A stretch of DNA of 64,000 nucleotides from Acidobacteriota bacterium. GTDB taxonomy: Bacteria > Acidobacteriota > UBA890 > WLXD01. Below are positions 28,257-39,138 of this stretch, in pieces (within the stretch, counting starts at the first letter, position 1; each line of letters begins with the position of its first letter). A model generated the notes under the pieces. The model did not search any database and was not told the origin of the DNA. It was given only the letters and a program-made list of their open reading frames with translations. The position numbers and the translations under genes are program-made. Where the stretch lies: the NCBI GenBank assembly GCA_965205505.1, contig CBDBHB010000009.1, positions 2,336,001 through 2,400,000 of the forward strand. The letters run 5' to 3'.

Positions 28257-30260
28257 ATGATGCGATGGAAGGGAAGTGCCGCGCTAGCGCTTGGTTTGTC
28301 GTTGCTGACGAGCGTTGCTTCCGGTGAGGTGATCCGAGTCGAGGTGGTCGATCTGGAGTCGCCGACCTTCGACGGACGGAGCTTCGGCGATGTCGGGCTC
28401 TACGAGAAAGCGACGCTGCGCGTCACCATGGCGGTGGATCCGGAGGATCCGCACAACGCCAACATCGTCGATCTGGCGCTGGCGCGGCGAGATGCCGACG
28501 GGCGAGTGCGGTATACGACCACCGTGGTCATCTTCAAGCCGATCGAGCTGGGGCGGGGCAACAAGCGCATTTTCTACGACGTGCTCAATCGCGGCCGCAA
28601 GATCGGGCTCGGCTTGATGAACGACGCGCCGCGCGTCAACGATCCATCGACGGCGGACCACGCTGGCAACGGCTTCATGATGCGCCAGGGCTACACGATC
28701 GTCTGGTCCGGGTGGCAAACGGACGCGCCTCCCGGCGATGGGCGCATGTTCCTGGAAGCGCCAGCGGTACCGGGGGTCGAGGCCCCGAGCCGGGAGGAGT
28801 TCATATTCGACCACGATCGGAATCCCGCTGTCGCGACGTTGAACTACCCGTCGGCCCGCCTCGATCCCGGCGATGCTCAGCTTACGGTACGTCAGTACGC
28901 GCACGACATCCGGCAGACGCCGCCGGATCTATCGTTCCGTTATATGCCCGTGACCCGTGGGGGAACCTTCTTCACGAGCGCCGAGCAGATACTGGTCGAG
29001 CGCCCGGAGGGCTTCGACGCTGGTGCTATCTACGAACTCATCTATACGGCGCGCGACTCCGTCGTCGCCGGCCTGGCGTTTGCCTCCGTACGGGACGTCG
29101 TTGCCTTCCTGCGTTACGCTGCCGCCGACCACGCGGGCAACGCCAACCCGCTGGCGCCGGGCGGAGCTCCCGGTATCGAGCGCGCTTACGCGCTGGGAAT
29201 CTCGCAGAGCGGCCGCTTCCTGCGCGACATGCTGTATCAAGGCTTCAACGAAGACGAGGTCGGACGGGTCGTCTTCGATGGCGTGGTCCCTGATGTGGCC
29301 GGGGCACGCCGGACCTTCATCAACCATCGCTTTGGGCAACCGGGGCGCTTTTCCCGTGAGCACGAGTCCCATCTCCAGCCAGGGGATCAGTTCCCGTTCA
29401 CCTACGCTACGCTGACCGATTCAGTGACCGGCAAGCGCGATGGCGTGCTGGCGCGCTGCGAGGCGGCCGGCAACTGCCCCAAGGTGATGCACGTCGATTC
29501 ATCGACGGAGTTCTTTCAGGGGCGTTCCTCGCTGATCGTCACCGATACGGCCGGCGAGCCGCTCGATCTGCCGGAAAATGTCCGTGCCTACCTGATCTCC
29601 AGCACACCGCACTCCAACTCGTTCGGCGTGCAGCCCGGACCGGTGGCGAATTGTCAGCTGCCGAGCAACCCGCTGCACCGCGGCGGCCCGGCCCGTGCCC
29701 TGCTGGTGGCGCTCGACCACTGGGTGAGCGACGGGACGCTGCCGCCGGACAGCCGCTTCCCGTCACGATCCGATGGAACGCTTGTTCCGCCCAGCCAGGC
29801 CGCGGTCGGCTATCCGCAGATTCCGGGCGTCGGCTACGACGGCCAAGTCAATCAAGTGCACGTTGTCGACTACGCCAAGCAGCCTCCGACCGAGGGTGCC
29901 CCGTACCCGGCGTTCGTGCCGGCGGTCGACGGCGACGGCCACGATGTCGCCGGTATCCGCATACCGGCGATCGAGGTGCCCATGGCGACCTACCTGGGCT
30001 GGAACCTGCGCAGTGCCGGCTACGCCGAGGGTGCTCTGTGTAGCGTCATCGGATCCACCATCCCGCTGCCGCACACCAGAGCCGAGCGCCTCGCCGGCGG
30101 CGACCCGCGTCTGTCGCTGGAGGAGCGCTATTCGAGCACCGACGATTACGTCGACCAGGTGTCTGGGGCGGCGCTGAGGCTGGTTCAGGAGCGCTTGCTG
30201 CTCGCGGAAGATGCCAATCGATACGTCGAGCAGGCCCGGGCGATGATTGCCGAGCACTGA
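28257..30260 (+). CDS. Secreted alpha/beta-hydrolase-domain protein
   Basis: Signal peptide, NRG, WSGWQ, nucleophile-like GISQSGRFLR, DPRLSLEERY. Confidence 0.72.
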   Translation: MMRWKGSAALALGLSLLTSVASGEVIRVEVVDLESPTFDGRSFGDVGLYEKATLRVTMAVDPEDPHNANIVDLALARRDADGRVRYTTTVVIFKPIELGRGNKRIFYDVLNRGRKIGLGLMNDAPRVNDPSTADHAGNGFMMRQGYTIVWSGWQTDAPPGDGRMFLEAPAVPGVEAPSREEFIFDHDRNPAVATLNYPSARLDPGDAQLTVRQYAHDIRQTPPDLSFRYMPVTRGGTFFTSAEQILVERPEGFDAGAIYELIYTARDSVVAGLAFASVRDVVAFLRYAAADHAGNANPLAPGGAPGIERAYALGISQSGRFLRDMLYQGFNEDEVGRVVFDGVVPDVAGARRTFINHRFGQPGRFSREHESHLQPGDQFPFTYATLTDSVTGKRDGVLARCEAAGNCPKVMHVDSSTEFFQGRSSLIVTDTAGEPLDLPENVRAYLISSTPHSNSFGVQPGPVANCQLPSNPLHRGGPARALLVALDHWVSDGTLPPDSRFPSRSDGTLVPPSQAAVGYPQIPGVGYDGQVNQVHVVDYAKQPPTEGAPYPAFVPAVDGDGHDVAGIRIPAIEVPMATYLGWNLRSAGYAEGALCSVIGSTIPLPHTRAERLAGGDPRLSLEERYSSTDDYVDQVSGAALRLVQERLLLAEDANRYVEQARAMIAEH

Positions 30261-30263
30261 CAG

Positions 30264-32829
30264 ATGTCCAGGAGCCTGCTGCCGATAGTCACGCTCGCCA
30301 TGGTCGGGGGCGTCGTCTGGCTCGGGTGGGGCTCGGCAAGCGGCGACGAGGTGGACTTCAATCGCGACGTCCGTCCGATCTTCAACGAGCGCTGCGTAGC
30401 GTGTCACGGTGGAGTTCGACAGCAAGCCGGTCTGAGCCTGCTTTTCCGAGCCGACGCGACGCGGCCCGCCGAGTCCGGCAGGTCTGCCGTGGTGCCGGGA
30501 GATCCGGGCGCCAGCGAGCTGCTGCGGCGTGTTGCGCACCGTGATCCTGACCAACGCATGCCTAAGGAAGGCGCTGCGCTCAGCGACGACGAGGTGGCGC
30601 GCCTGCGGCGCTGGGTCGAGCAGGGGGCGCTGGGTCGAGCAGGGGGCGCGTTGGGATGCGCACTGGGCGTACGTGGCGCCGGTCGATTCCGGTCTCCCGG
30701 AAGTGCCGGATGAAGCCTGGCCGCACAACGGGATCGATCGCTTCGTGGCGGCACGCCTGGAAAAAGAGGGGATGACACCGTCGCCACCTGCCGACTGCCG
30801 TACGCTACTGCGTCGCGTCAGCCTGGATCTCGTGGGCTTGCCGGCAGCGCCGGATGAGCTGGCGAGCGTATGCCGCGACGGCTCGCCCGAGACGTATGAG
30901 CGCTTCGTCGACCGCCTTCTCGCCTCGCCACGCTTCGGCGAGCGCTGGGCGGCGATGTGGCTCGACCTGGCGCGCTACGCGGACTCGACCGGGTACGAGA
31001 AGGACGGTGGGCGAACGATCTGGCGCTACCGGGACTGGGTCATTGAGGCGTTCAACCGCGATCTGCCGTTCGATCAGTTCACCGTGGAGCAACTTGCAGG
31101 CGATTTGCTTCCGGACTCGAGCGAGAGCCAGCGCGTGGCCACCGCGTTTCATCGCAACACGATGACCAACCTGGAGGGCGGCACCGACGACGAGGAGCAC
31201 CGCCTCGCCGCCGTCATCGACCGGGTGAACACCACATGGGAGGTGTGGCAGGGCACCACCATCGGTTGCACACAGTGCCACGGGCATCCCTACGACCCGT
31301 TCCGGCACGAGGAGTACTACTCCATCCTGGCGTTCTTCAACAACACCACGGACTGGGACCAAGGGCGGTGGGACCAATCGGGAATACTGCTGGAGGAGCC
31401 TCCGACACTGGCGACGTTCAGCCCGGAAACGGAGACCGAGGGCGAATCGCTGCTGGGGCGGGTGCGTGAGCTCCAGGAGATCATGGAGGCGATCGCCTCG
31501 ACCGCTGCAATGCAGGTGGCGCGCCGCGACTGGGAAGCACAGCTGGACGATCCGGAGGTTGCGGGAACGATCGGCGAAACCTGGAAGCTGGAGGTTCTTC
31601 GCATCGTTCGGACCCCCGAGGCCGATCGCGACGATGCCCAGCGGGCGTTCATTCGCTTCGCCTTCGCCGAAGCCTCGCCGGATGCGGAGCTGAATGCGCT
31701 GCGGGAGCGCCGGAGCGTGCTCCACGAGGAGCTCGGGGCGCTCGAACCTCTGCTGACGCCGATCATGCAAGAGGTGCCGGGCGATCGCCGTCGCACCACC
31801 CACGTGTTCGAGCGCGGCAACTTTCTGCTGCGCACGGGCGGGGTGTCGGCGGGGGTTCCGGCGTCGATGCATTCCATGCCCGATGATGCCCCGCGCAATC
31901 GCCTCGGCCTGGCACGCTGGCTCGTCGACCCGGAGAATCCGCTTACCGCCAGGGTGATCGTCAACCGGTTCTGGGAGCAGCTGTTCGGCATCGGTATCGT
32001 CGAAACCTCCGAGGACTTCGGCACGCAGGGATTGCCGCCGTCACATCCGCAGCTGCTGGATTGGCTGGCGCTGCAATTCGTCCACGAGCACGAGTGGAGC
32101 GTGAAATCGCTGCTTCGTCAGATCGTGACTTCAGCGACCTACCGGCAGTCGTCGGTCTTCAGCGCAGACGGACTGCTACGCGACCCGCGCAACCGCTTGC
32201 TTGGGCGCGGTCCGAGGTTTCGGCTCACCGCCGAGCAGATTCGCGACCAGGTTCTCGCCGTGAGTGGGTTGCTCGACGACACCATGTACGGCCCGAGCGT
32301 CATGCCACCGCAGCCAGAGGGCCTTTGGCAAACCCCGTACGACGACACCAGCTGGGAGACCGCCGAGGGCCCCGACCGCTACCGGCGGGCGCTGTATACC
32401 TACTGACGACGGTCGGTCCCGTATCCCTCGATGACTACTTTCGACAGCCCTAGTCGCGAGTTCTGCGTGTCGCGGCGGGTGCGCACCAACACCCCGCTTC
32501 AGGCCCTGGTAACGCTCAATGACCCGGCGTTTGTCGAGGCGGCCCAGGCGCTCGCGTTCCGAATGCTCGAGCAGCACGAAGACGGCCCCGACGCCGGTCA
32601 TCCCAACGCCTGGCTCGCCACCGGCTTTCGGCTGGCGCTCGGCAGGGAGCCCGACAACGGCGCCCTGTCGGCGTTGCGGAGCCTGTACGACGATGCGGGG
32701 CGCCATTACGATGGCGCATCGGCCGACCGCGTTGCGATGAGCGGTTCCGATGCCGGGCGCGAGCACGCGACGCTCACCGTCGTGGCCAACGCGATCTTGA
32801 ACCTCGACGCTTTCCTGACGAAGGAATGA
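30264..32829 (+). pseudogene. Planctomycete cytochrome c + DUF1549/DUF1553 (PSD1) protein, disrupted
   Basis: CVACH, WLDLARYADSTG, CTQCH, NPLTARVIVNRFW, TNTPLQAL; frameshift from 19-bp duplication at 30608-30645 and TGA at 32404. Confidence 0.85.
30608..30645 (+). repeat. Perfect 19-bp tandem duplication
   Basis: GCGCTGGGTCGAGCAGGGG x2. Confidence 0.92.
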
Positions 32830-32841
32830 GGTAGTAGCGGA

Positions 32842-34317
32842 ATGAACGTGCATGAGGAGGCGCGTCGTCGAACCCTGGAGCACACGACGCGCCGCCATTT
32901 CCTCAGGAGCGCCTCGAACGGCCTCGGCGGGGTGGTGTTGGCCTCGATGTTCGGGTGCCGTGCGACCTCGGTCGACGCCCCTCGCAGCCCGATGCTCCGC
33001 GACTTGGCCGAGCCGCTGGCGCAGCGCGCGCCACACTTCGCCCCGAAAGCCAAACGGGTCATCTTCCTGCACATGGCGGGGGCACCATCCCAGCACGAGC
33101 TGTTCGACTACAAGCCCGAACTGGCGCGGCTCGACGGTCAGCCGTGTCCGCAGTCGCTGATCGAGGGCAAGCGGTTCGCGTTCATTCGCGGCATACCGAA
33201 GATGCTCGGGCCCCAAGCCACGTTTCAGCAACACGGAGATTCCGGGGCGTGGGTGTCGAACCACCTGCCCCATTTCGCCTCGATGGTCGACGACGTGGCC
33301 TTCCTCAAGGCGATGCACACCAACGAGTTCAACCACGCGCCGGCGCAGCTGCTGGTTCACACCGGCAGCGCGCGGCTCGGGCGACCGAGCATGGGGTCGT
33401 GGGTCACCTACGGTCTCGGCACCGAGAACTCCGACCTGCCCGGTTTCGTGGTGCTACTGTCAGGTGGGGTTTCGCCCGACGCGGGTGCCAGCGTGTACGG
33501 CAGCGGTTTCTTGCCGTCCGTATATCAAGGTGTGCAGTGCCGGTCTCACGGCGATCCGGTGCTGTTCGTTGCGGATCCCGCTGGCCTGCCGCGCGACGTA
33601 CGGCGTAGTTCCATCGACGCCATCAATCGCATCAACGAGCGACAGTACGCCGAGGTCGGTGATCCGGAGATCCTGACGCGCATCGCCCAGTACGAGCTCG
33701 CCTTCCGCATGCAGGTCTCCGTTCCGGAGGCGATGGATATCAGCAAGGAGCCGGAGTCGATCAAGGAGATGTACGGTGCCGAGCCCGGCATCACCTCGTT
33801 CGCCAACAACTGTCGGTTGGTGGAGCGCGGCGTGCGCTTCGTACAGCTGTTCGACTGGGGGTGGGACGCGCACGGCGCCGCCGAGAGCGAAGCGCTGAAT
33901 GGGGGGTTCCTCCGTCGCTGCAAGGCCACCGACCGTCCGATGACCGCACTCCTCGAGGACTTGAAGCAGCGGGGACTGCTCGACGAGACGCTGGTGGTCT
34001 AGGGCGGCGAGTTCGGCCGCACGCCGATGCTGGAGAATCGCAGTGGGTCCGACAATCCCTACATCGGTCGCGACCACCACAGCGATGTCTTCACCATGTG
34101 GCTGGCCGGCGGCGGGGTGAAAGCGGGTACGACGCACGGCGAGACCGACGAGATCGGATACAGCGGCGTGAGCGGACGGGTCCACATCCACGACCTCCAG
34201 GCAACGATCCTTCATCTGCTGGGCTTCGACCACGAACAGCTCATCTACCCGTTTCAGGGACGCGACTACCGCCTCACGGACGTGCACGGCAAGGTGGTGC
34301 GGGAGATTCTGGCGTGA
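32842..34317 (+). pseudogene. DUF1501 protein (Tat signal) with internal TAG
   Basis: [47 protein letters not shown] (TAG at 34000), GRDHH. Confidence 0.85.
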
Positions 34318-34336
34318 ACGGCGTGAGCACGGCGGT

Positions 34337-35831
34337 GTGACCGCCGATCGACCAGGGAAGTCTGAGCTGGCGCTCGTTGCCGGGTTGTTGTTGCTGCTCG
34401 TGCTTTCGGTCACCGTGGCCCCGGGCCGGGAAGGGGACCTCGAGCTGTTCTTTGGACGATTCCACCCGGCGCTCGTGCACCTGCCGATCGGCGTCCTGTT
34501 GCTCGCGGTGTTGCTCGAGGGCATCCTGCGCAGCTCGCGGTTCGGAGCTGGCGGTCATGCGGTGGCAGCCGTTCTCCTGGTCGGTGCTTGGAGCGCGATC
34601 CTGGCGGCGGTTGCAGGTCTGTATCTGGCGCAGGGCGGCGGCTACGTCGCCAGCACGTTGCTGTGGCACCGGCGTCTGGGAATCGGCATCGCCGTCGTCG
34701 CCGTGACCGCGTACGTGTTCAAGAAAACGGGCATTGCGGCAGGCGACGGAACAACCCGGCTACGTGTTCCTCCTGTCGCTGGCCTGCATCGGAGTCGTCG
34801 TCGGCGGCCATCTGGGCGGCGAGCTGACACGTGGCGAGGGCTACCTGACGCGCTACATGCCCGACGGTGTGCGGACGATCGCCGGGCTGCCGCCCAAGGC
34901 GGCTATCGGGCAGCTGTCGATCGAGAGACCCGAGGAAGCCACCGTCTACTCGGCGTTGATCGAACCGGTCTTTGCCGAGCGCTGCGCCACCTGCCACAAC
35001 GGCATCGAGCTACGAGGTGGTCTACGTCTCGACGCTCCCGAGGGCATCCTCGAGGGTGGTCAGAGCGGCGAAGTGTTGGTAGCGGGGAGGGCAGAAGCCA
35101 GCGAGCTCATCCGCCGCATGTGGTTGCCGATCGAGCACGACGATCACATGCCGCCCGAGGACCGCCCGCAGCCGAGCGTCGCGCAGGCCGAGCTGATCCG
35201 CTGGTGGATCGATCGCGGCGCCTCGTTCGACGCCAAGCTCAGCGAGGCGGAAACTACGCCGATCGTCCAGGCGATCTTCGACGGCTACGGCCTCGATGAG
35301 ATCCGCACCGGGATCTTCTCGCTCGACGTCGCGCCGCCGGCCGCGGGAGCGGTCGAGGCCCTGCGAGCACTCGGTGCCGCGGTGAGCGAGCTCGGTGAGG
35401 ACGAGCCGTTTCTTGAGGTACGCTGTGTCGTCGAAGCGTGTACCGGCGAGATCCTCGCCGCCGCCCTGGAGCCGGTGGCGAAACAAGTCGCCTGGCTCGA
35501 CCTGGGCAATTCGCCAGTCGACGACGCCAGCTTGAGCACCCTGGCACGGTTGAGCAACCTGACCCGGCTGCACCTGGAAGGAACGGCGGTGACCGATGCC
35601 GGCCTGAGCCATCTTGCCGAGCTGCCCTATCTGGAGTACCTCAACCTCTACGCCACCTCGGTGACCGACGACGGCCTGCAGCACCTCACCGAGCTACCTC
35701 GACTTCGTGCCCTCTATCTCTGGCAGACGGGAGTGACGGCGGAGGGCGCCGAGCGCCTCCGCGACGCGTTGCCGGGGCTGGAGATCAACCTCGGTGTTAC
35801 GATGCCGTCCGCGTCGGTCGAACGACCCTGA
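34337..35831 (+). pseudogene. DUF2231-like membrane domain + cytochrome c + leucine-rich repeats, frameshifted near 34725
   Basis: GRFHPALVHLPIG, GHLGGELTRG, CATCH, LRR repeats LxxLxLxxTxVTD; extra A in AAAA run. Confidence 0.8.
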
Positions 35832-35885
35832 GAAACCACGCGCGGCGGCCATCGGGCTCGCCCGCGGCAAAGAGAGGCAACTGCC

Positions 35886-37433
35886 ATGAAGCGTAATGTC
35901 GCGACTGTGATCTTCGCGCTGGTGGCGGTTGCCGCCTGCACCGGTACCGACAATCCGTACGCCGACAAGTTCACCACCGTCGATACGACCTGGGCAGTGA
36001 CCGCCGATGAGGGCCACGAGTGGGCGATGGTGAGGAGCGACAACCTGCCGGCGTTCAACGGTAGCCCGGAGTGGAACAACTACGTGGGGTTTCTCGAAGA
36101 GAAGCTGGTCGAGTACGGCGCCGTCGACGTGTACCACAACAGCTGGATGTTCGAACGCTGGCAAACCTCGTTCGACAACACGAACTGGTCGCTGGTTTCC
36201 GACGGTGAGCCGGTACGCGTGGCCCACTACGCCGCCAACTCGGGCAATACCGGGCCGGAAGGCATCACGGCCGAAATGGTCTATTACGACCACGACAATC
36301 CGCCCGATTCGATCGAGGGCAAGATCGTGGTGATACCCACCCGGCCGCACCCGGAACCGCCCTACGACGAGAGGTACATTCGTAGCTTTACGTTCAACGA
36401 CTACGAGTGGCGCGCCAACGACGACACGTACCTGGAGCTGTTCGAGTTCGTTCCGCCGGAGTTTTCCATCACCTTCGATATCTGGTGGCAGCTGGGCCAG
36501 GGCCTTTGGCGAATCGCCGTGGACGGAGGCGCGGCCGGCCACGTGATCGTCTATGACATGGCTTTCGAGCGCACCGAGGGGCTATATACGTTCGGTGTGC
36601 CGCCGCTGCACGAGTCGCCGGGGGTGATCCTCAGTCGCGAGGATGGCGCCAAGGTGCTCGAGGACGCCAAAGCCGGTAAGACGGCCACGTTGCGGCTCGA
36701 GGCCACGGTCGAGGAGTCCGAGGCCTATCAGACGATCGCCTATCTGCCTGGCCGGGACTACGGCACGCCCGACGACGAGCAGATCATGATGATCAACCAC
36801 ACCGACGGCCCGTCGATTACCCAGGACAACGGTGCTCTCGGGTTGCTCGCGATCGTCAAGTACTTCTCCAACATTCCGCAGGAGCACCGCCCGCGGACGC
36901 TGACGATCTTCCTGGACGGCCGTCACTACTACCCCGGCGCAGAGCGTGCGTCGGCGGAGGTGAGCTGGCTGGCGCGGCATCCGGAGGCCGAAGAGCCGCT
37001 GGTGGCGCTCATGCATATCGAGCACATGGGCGAGATGGACTTCCGCGAGGTCGACGGAGTTGTGGAGCCCGTGGGGCTGGCCGAGCAGTCGTACCTGTGG
37101 ACGCGCAACAACCCGGTGCTGATTGACGCGGCGGTCGCTGCCGCCAAGGAGCACGGCTGGGAGCGCGTGCAGGTGGCGGTGCCGGAACGCCCCGGTATCA
37201 ACGGCGGCCTGCAGCAGAGATGGTGGGGCGTCGCGGGGCGGTTTCATCGCCGCTGCGACGACTGCCTCGACCTTCCAGGCTTCGGTCTCGGCAGCTTCCT
37301 GGGACTCTATTGGACGACGGCCAGCGGTATCGAGCGCTTCAGCAAGGAGCTGTTCGAGGATCAGGCGCACACGATGACTCAGCTCACGGGTGTGCTGATG
37401 ACCGCCGACCTCGACGAGATCCGCCCCGAGTAG
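35886..37433 (+). CDS. Lipoprotein, PA-domain/M28 peptidase-like fold (paralog 1)
   Basis: Lipobox VAAC, SIEGKIVV (PA-like), NHTDG, QDNG, HIEHMG. Confidence 0.7.
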   Translation: MKRNVATVIFALVAVAACTGTDNPYADKFTTVDTTWAVTADEGHEWAMVRSDNLPAFNGSPEWNNYVGFLEEKLVEYGAVDVYHNSWMFERWQTSFDNTNWSLVSDGEPVRVAHYAANSGNTGPEGITAEMVYYDHDNPPDSIEGKIVVIPTRPHPEPPYDERYIRSFTFNDYEWRANDDTYLELFEFVPPEFSITFDIWWQLGQGLWRIAVDGGAAGHVIVYDMAFERTEGLYTFGVPPLHESPGVILSREDGAKVLEDAKAGKTATLRLEATVEESEAYQTIAYLPGRDYGTPDDEQIMMINHTDGPSITQDNGALGLLAIVKYFSNIPQEHRPRTLTIFLDGRHYYPGAERASAEVSWLARHPEAEEPLVALMHIEHMGEMDFREVDGVVEPVGLAEQSYLWTRNNPVLIDAAVAAAKEHGWERVQVAVPERPGINGGLQQRWWGVAGRFHRRCDDCLDLPGFGLGSFLGLYWTTASGIERFSKELFEDQAHTMTQLTGVLMTADLDEIRPE

Positions 37434-37443
37434 GAAACAGAGA

Positions 37444-39060
37444 ATGTTCAATCGATACTTGAAGCTGTGGCCCTCGAGCGCGCCGACCCGAACGGAGCTC
37501 GCAAGCACAAGCGCACGAGCGCAGATGATCGTCATCGTTCTGTCGGCGCTTACGGTGGGCTGCGGTGGCGCCGCTGACAACCCGTATGCCGACAAGTTCA
37601 CCAACGTCGATCCGGAGTGGGCGGTTACGGCCGACGAGGGCTACGAATGGGCGCTGGTGAAAAGCGCCAACCTGCCGGCGATGAACGGCAGCCCGGAGTG
37701 GGTCAACTACGTCGGGTTCCTCGAGGAGAAGCTGCGCGAGTACGGCGTCGTCGACATGCACCGCAACCGCTGGATGTACGACCGCTGGCACACCTCGAAG
37801 GACAACAGCGGCTGGTCGCTGGTCTCCGACGGCGATCCGGTGCGGGTTGCCCACTATGCCGCCAATTCCGGGAACACCGGCCCTGAGGGCGTCACCGCCG
37901 AGATGATCTACTACGACCACGACGACCCGCCCGACTCGATCGAGGGCAAGATCGTGGTAATCCCGACCAGACCACATCCCAAGCCGCCATACGACGACAA
38001 TTACCTCGTGAATTTCACCTTCAACGACTACGAGTGGCGTGCCAACGACGACACCTACTGGGAGCTGTTCGAGTTCGTGCCACCGGAGTTCAGCATCACC
38101 TTCGACATCTGGTGGCAGCTGCGGCAGGGCCTGTGGCAGATCGCCGTGGAGGGAAACGCCGTCGGCCACGTGATTGTCTACGACATGGCGTTCGAGCGCA
38201 CCGAGGGGCTCTACACGTTCGGGGTGCCGCCGCTGCACGAGTCACCGGGTGTGATCCTGAGCCGTGAGGACGGCGCCAAGGTGCTCGAAGACGCCAAGGT
38301 GGGGAAAACGGCCACGCTGCGGCTGGAAGCGACGATCGAGGAGACGGAGGCGTACCAGACGATCTCCTATCTGCCTGGCCGCGACTACGGCACGCCCGAC
38401 GACGAGCAGATCCTGCTGATCAACCACACCGACGGCCCGTCGGTTACCCAGGACAATGGCGCGCTCGGGCTGCTGGCCATCGTCAAGTACTTCTCCAACA
38501 TTCCCCAGGAACACCGGCCGCGAACGCTCACCGTCTTCCTCGACAGCCGACATTACTATCCAGGGGCCGAGCGAGCCTCATACGAGGTGAGCTGGCTGAC
38601 GCGAAATCCGCAAGCGAAGGAGCCTCTGGTAGCGATGATCCAGGCCGAGCACATGGGCGAGAACGACTATCGCGAGGTCGACGGCGTCGTGGAGCCGGTG
38701 GGGCTGGCCGAGCAATCGTATCTGTGGTCGCGCAACAATCAGGTACTCATCGAGGCGGCGATCGCGGCCGCCAAAGAGCACGACTGGGAGCGCGTGCAAG
38801 TAGCGGTGCCCGAGCGCCCGGGTATCAACGGCGGTCTCCAGCAGGTGTGGTGGGGTGTCGGCTCCCGAGCCTTGCCTGGCTCTTGGCACAGTCTCGACCT
38901 GCCCGGCTACGGCCTCGGCGGATTCCTCGGCCTCTATTGGACGACGGCGTCCGGGATCGAACGCTGGAACAAGGAGCTGTTCGAGGACCAAGCGCACACG
39001 ATGACGCAGCTCGCCGGTGTGCTGATGACCGCCGACCTAGAGGAGATTCGACCCGAGTAG
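37444..39060 (+). CDS. Lipoprotein, PA-domain/M28 peptidase-like fold (paralog 2)
   Basis: Lipobox TVGC; long blocks identical to paralog 1; start may be ATG 37525. Confidence 0.7.
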   Translation: MFNRYLKLWPSSAPTRTELASTSARAQMIVIVLSALTVGCGGAADNPYADKFTNVDPEWAVTADEGYEWALVKSANLPAMNGSPEWVNYVGFLEEKLREYGVVDMHRNRWMYDRWHTSKDNSGWSLVSDGDPVRVAHYAANSGNTGPEGVTAEMIYYDHDDPPDSIEGKIVVIPTRPHPKPPYDDNYLVNFTFNDYEWRANDDTYWELFEFVPPEFSITFDIWWQLRQGLWQIAVEGNAVGHVIVYDMAFERTEGLYTFGVPPLHESPGVILSREDGAKVLEDAKVGKTATLRLEATIEETEAYQTISYLPGRDYGTPDDEQILLINHTDGPSVTQDNGALGLLAIVKYFSNIPQEHRPRTLTVFLDSRHYYPGAERASYEVSWLTRNPQAKEPLVAMIQAEHMGENDYREVDGVVEPVGLAEQSYLWSRNNQVLIEAAIAAAKEHDWERVQVAVPERPGINGGLQQVWWGVGSRALPGSWHSLDLPGYGLGGFLGLYWTTASGIERWNKELFEDQAHTMTQLAGVLMTADLEEIRPE

Positions 39061-39138
39061 CATCCCAATGCACCGGGCTATGCCGGCAGATCCGACGATA
39101 GGGACAAGAAAGAAAGTTACGAAAGAGGGAGACGGTCG

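Noticed and set aside
32404-34002. TGA and TAG at expected Trp positions as stop-codon recoding or selenocysteine
   Set aside because: Both codons terminate ordinary genes throughout the window, the positions are Trp not Cys, each is one G-to-A change from TGG, and the same genes carry other lesions.
35886-39060. Tandem paralogs as an assembly duplication
   Set aside because: Numerous synonymous and amino acid differences along the whole length.
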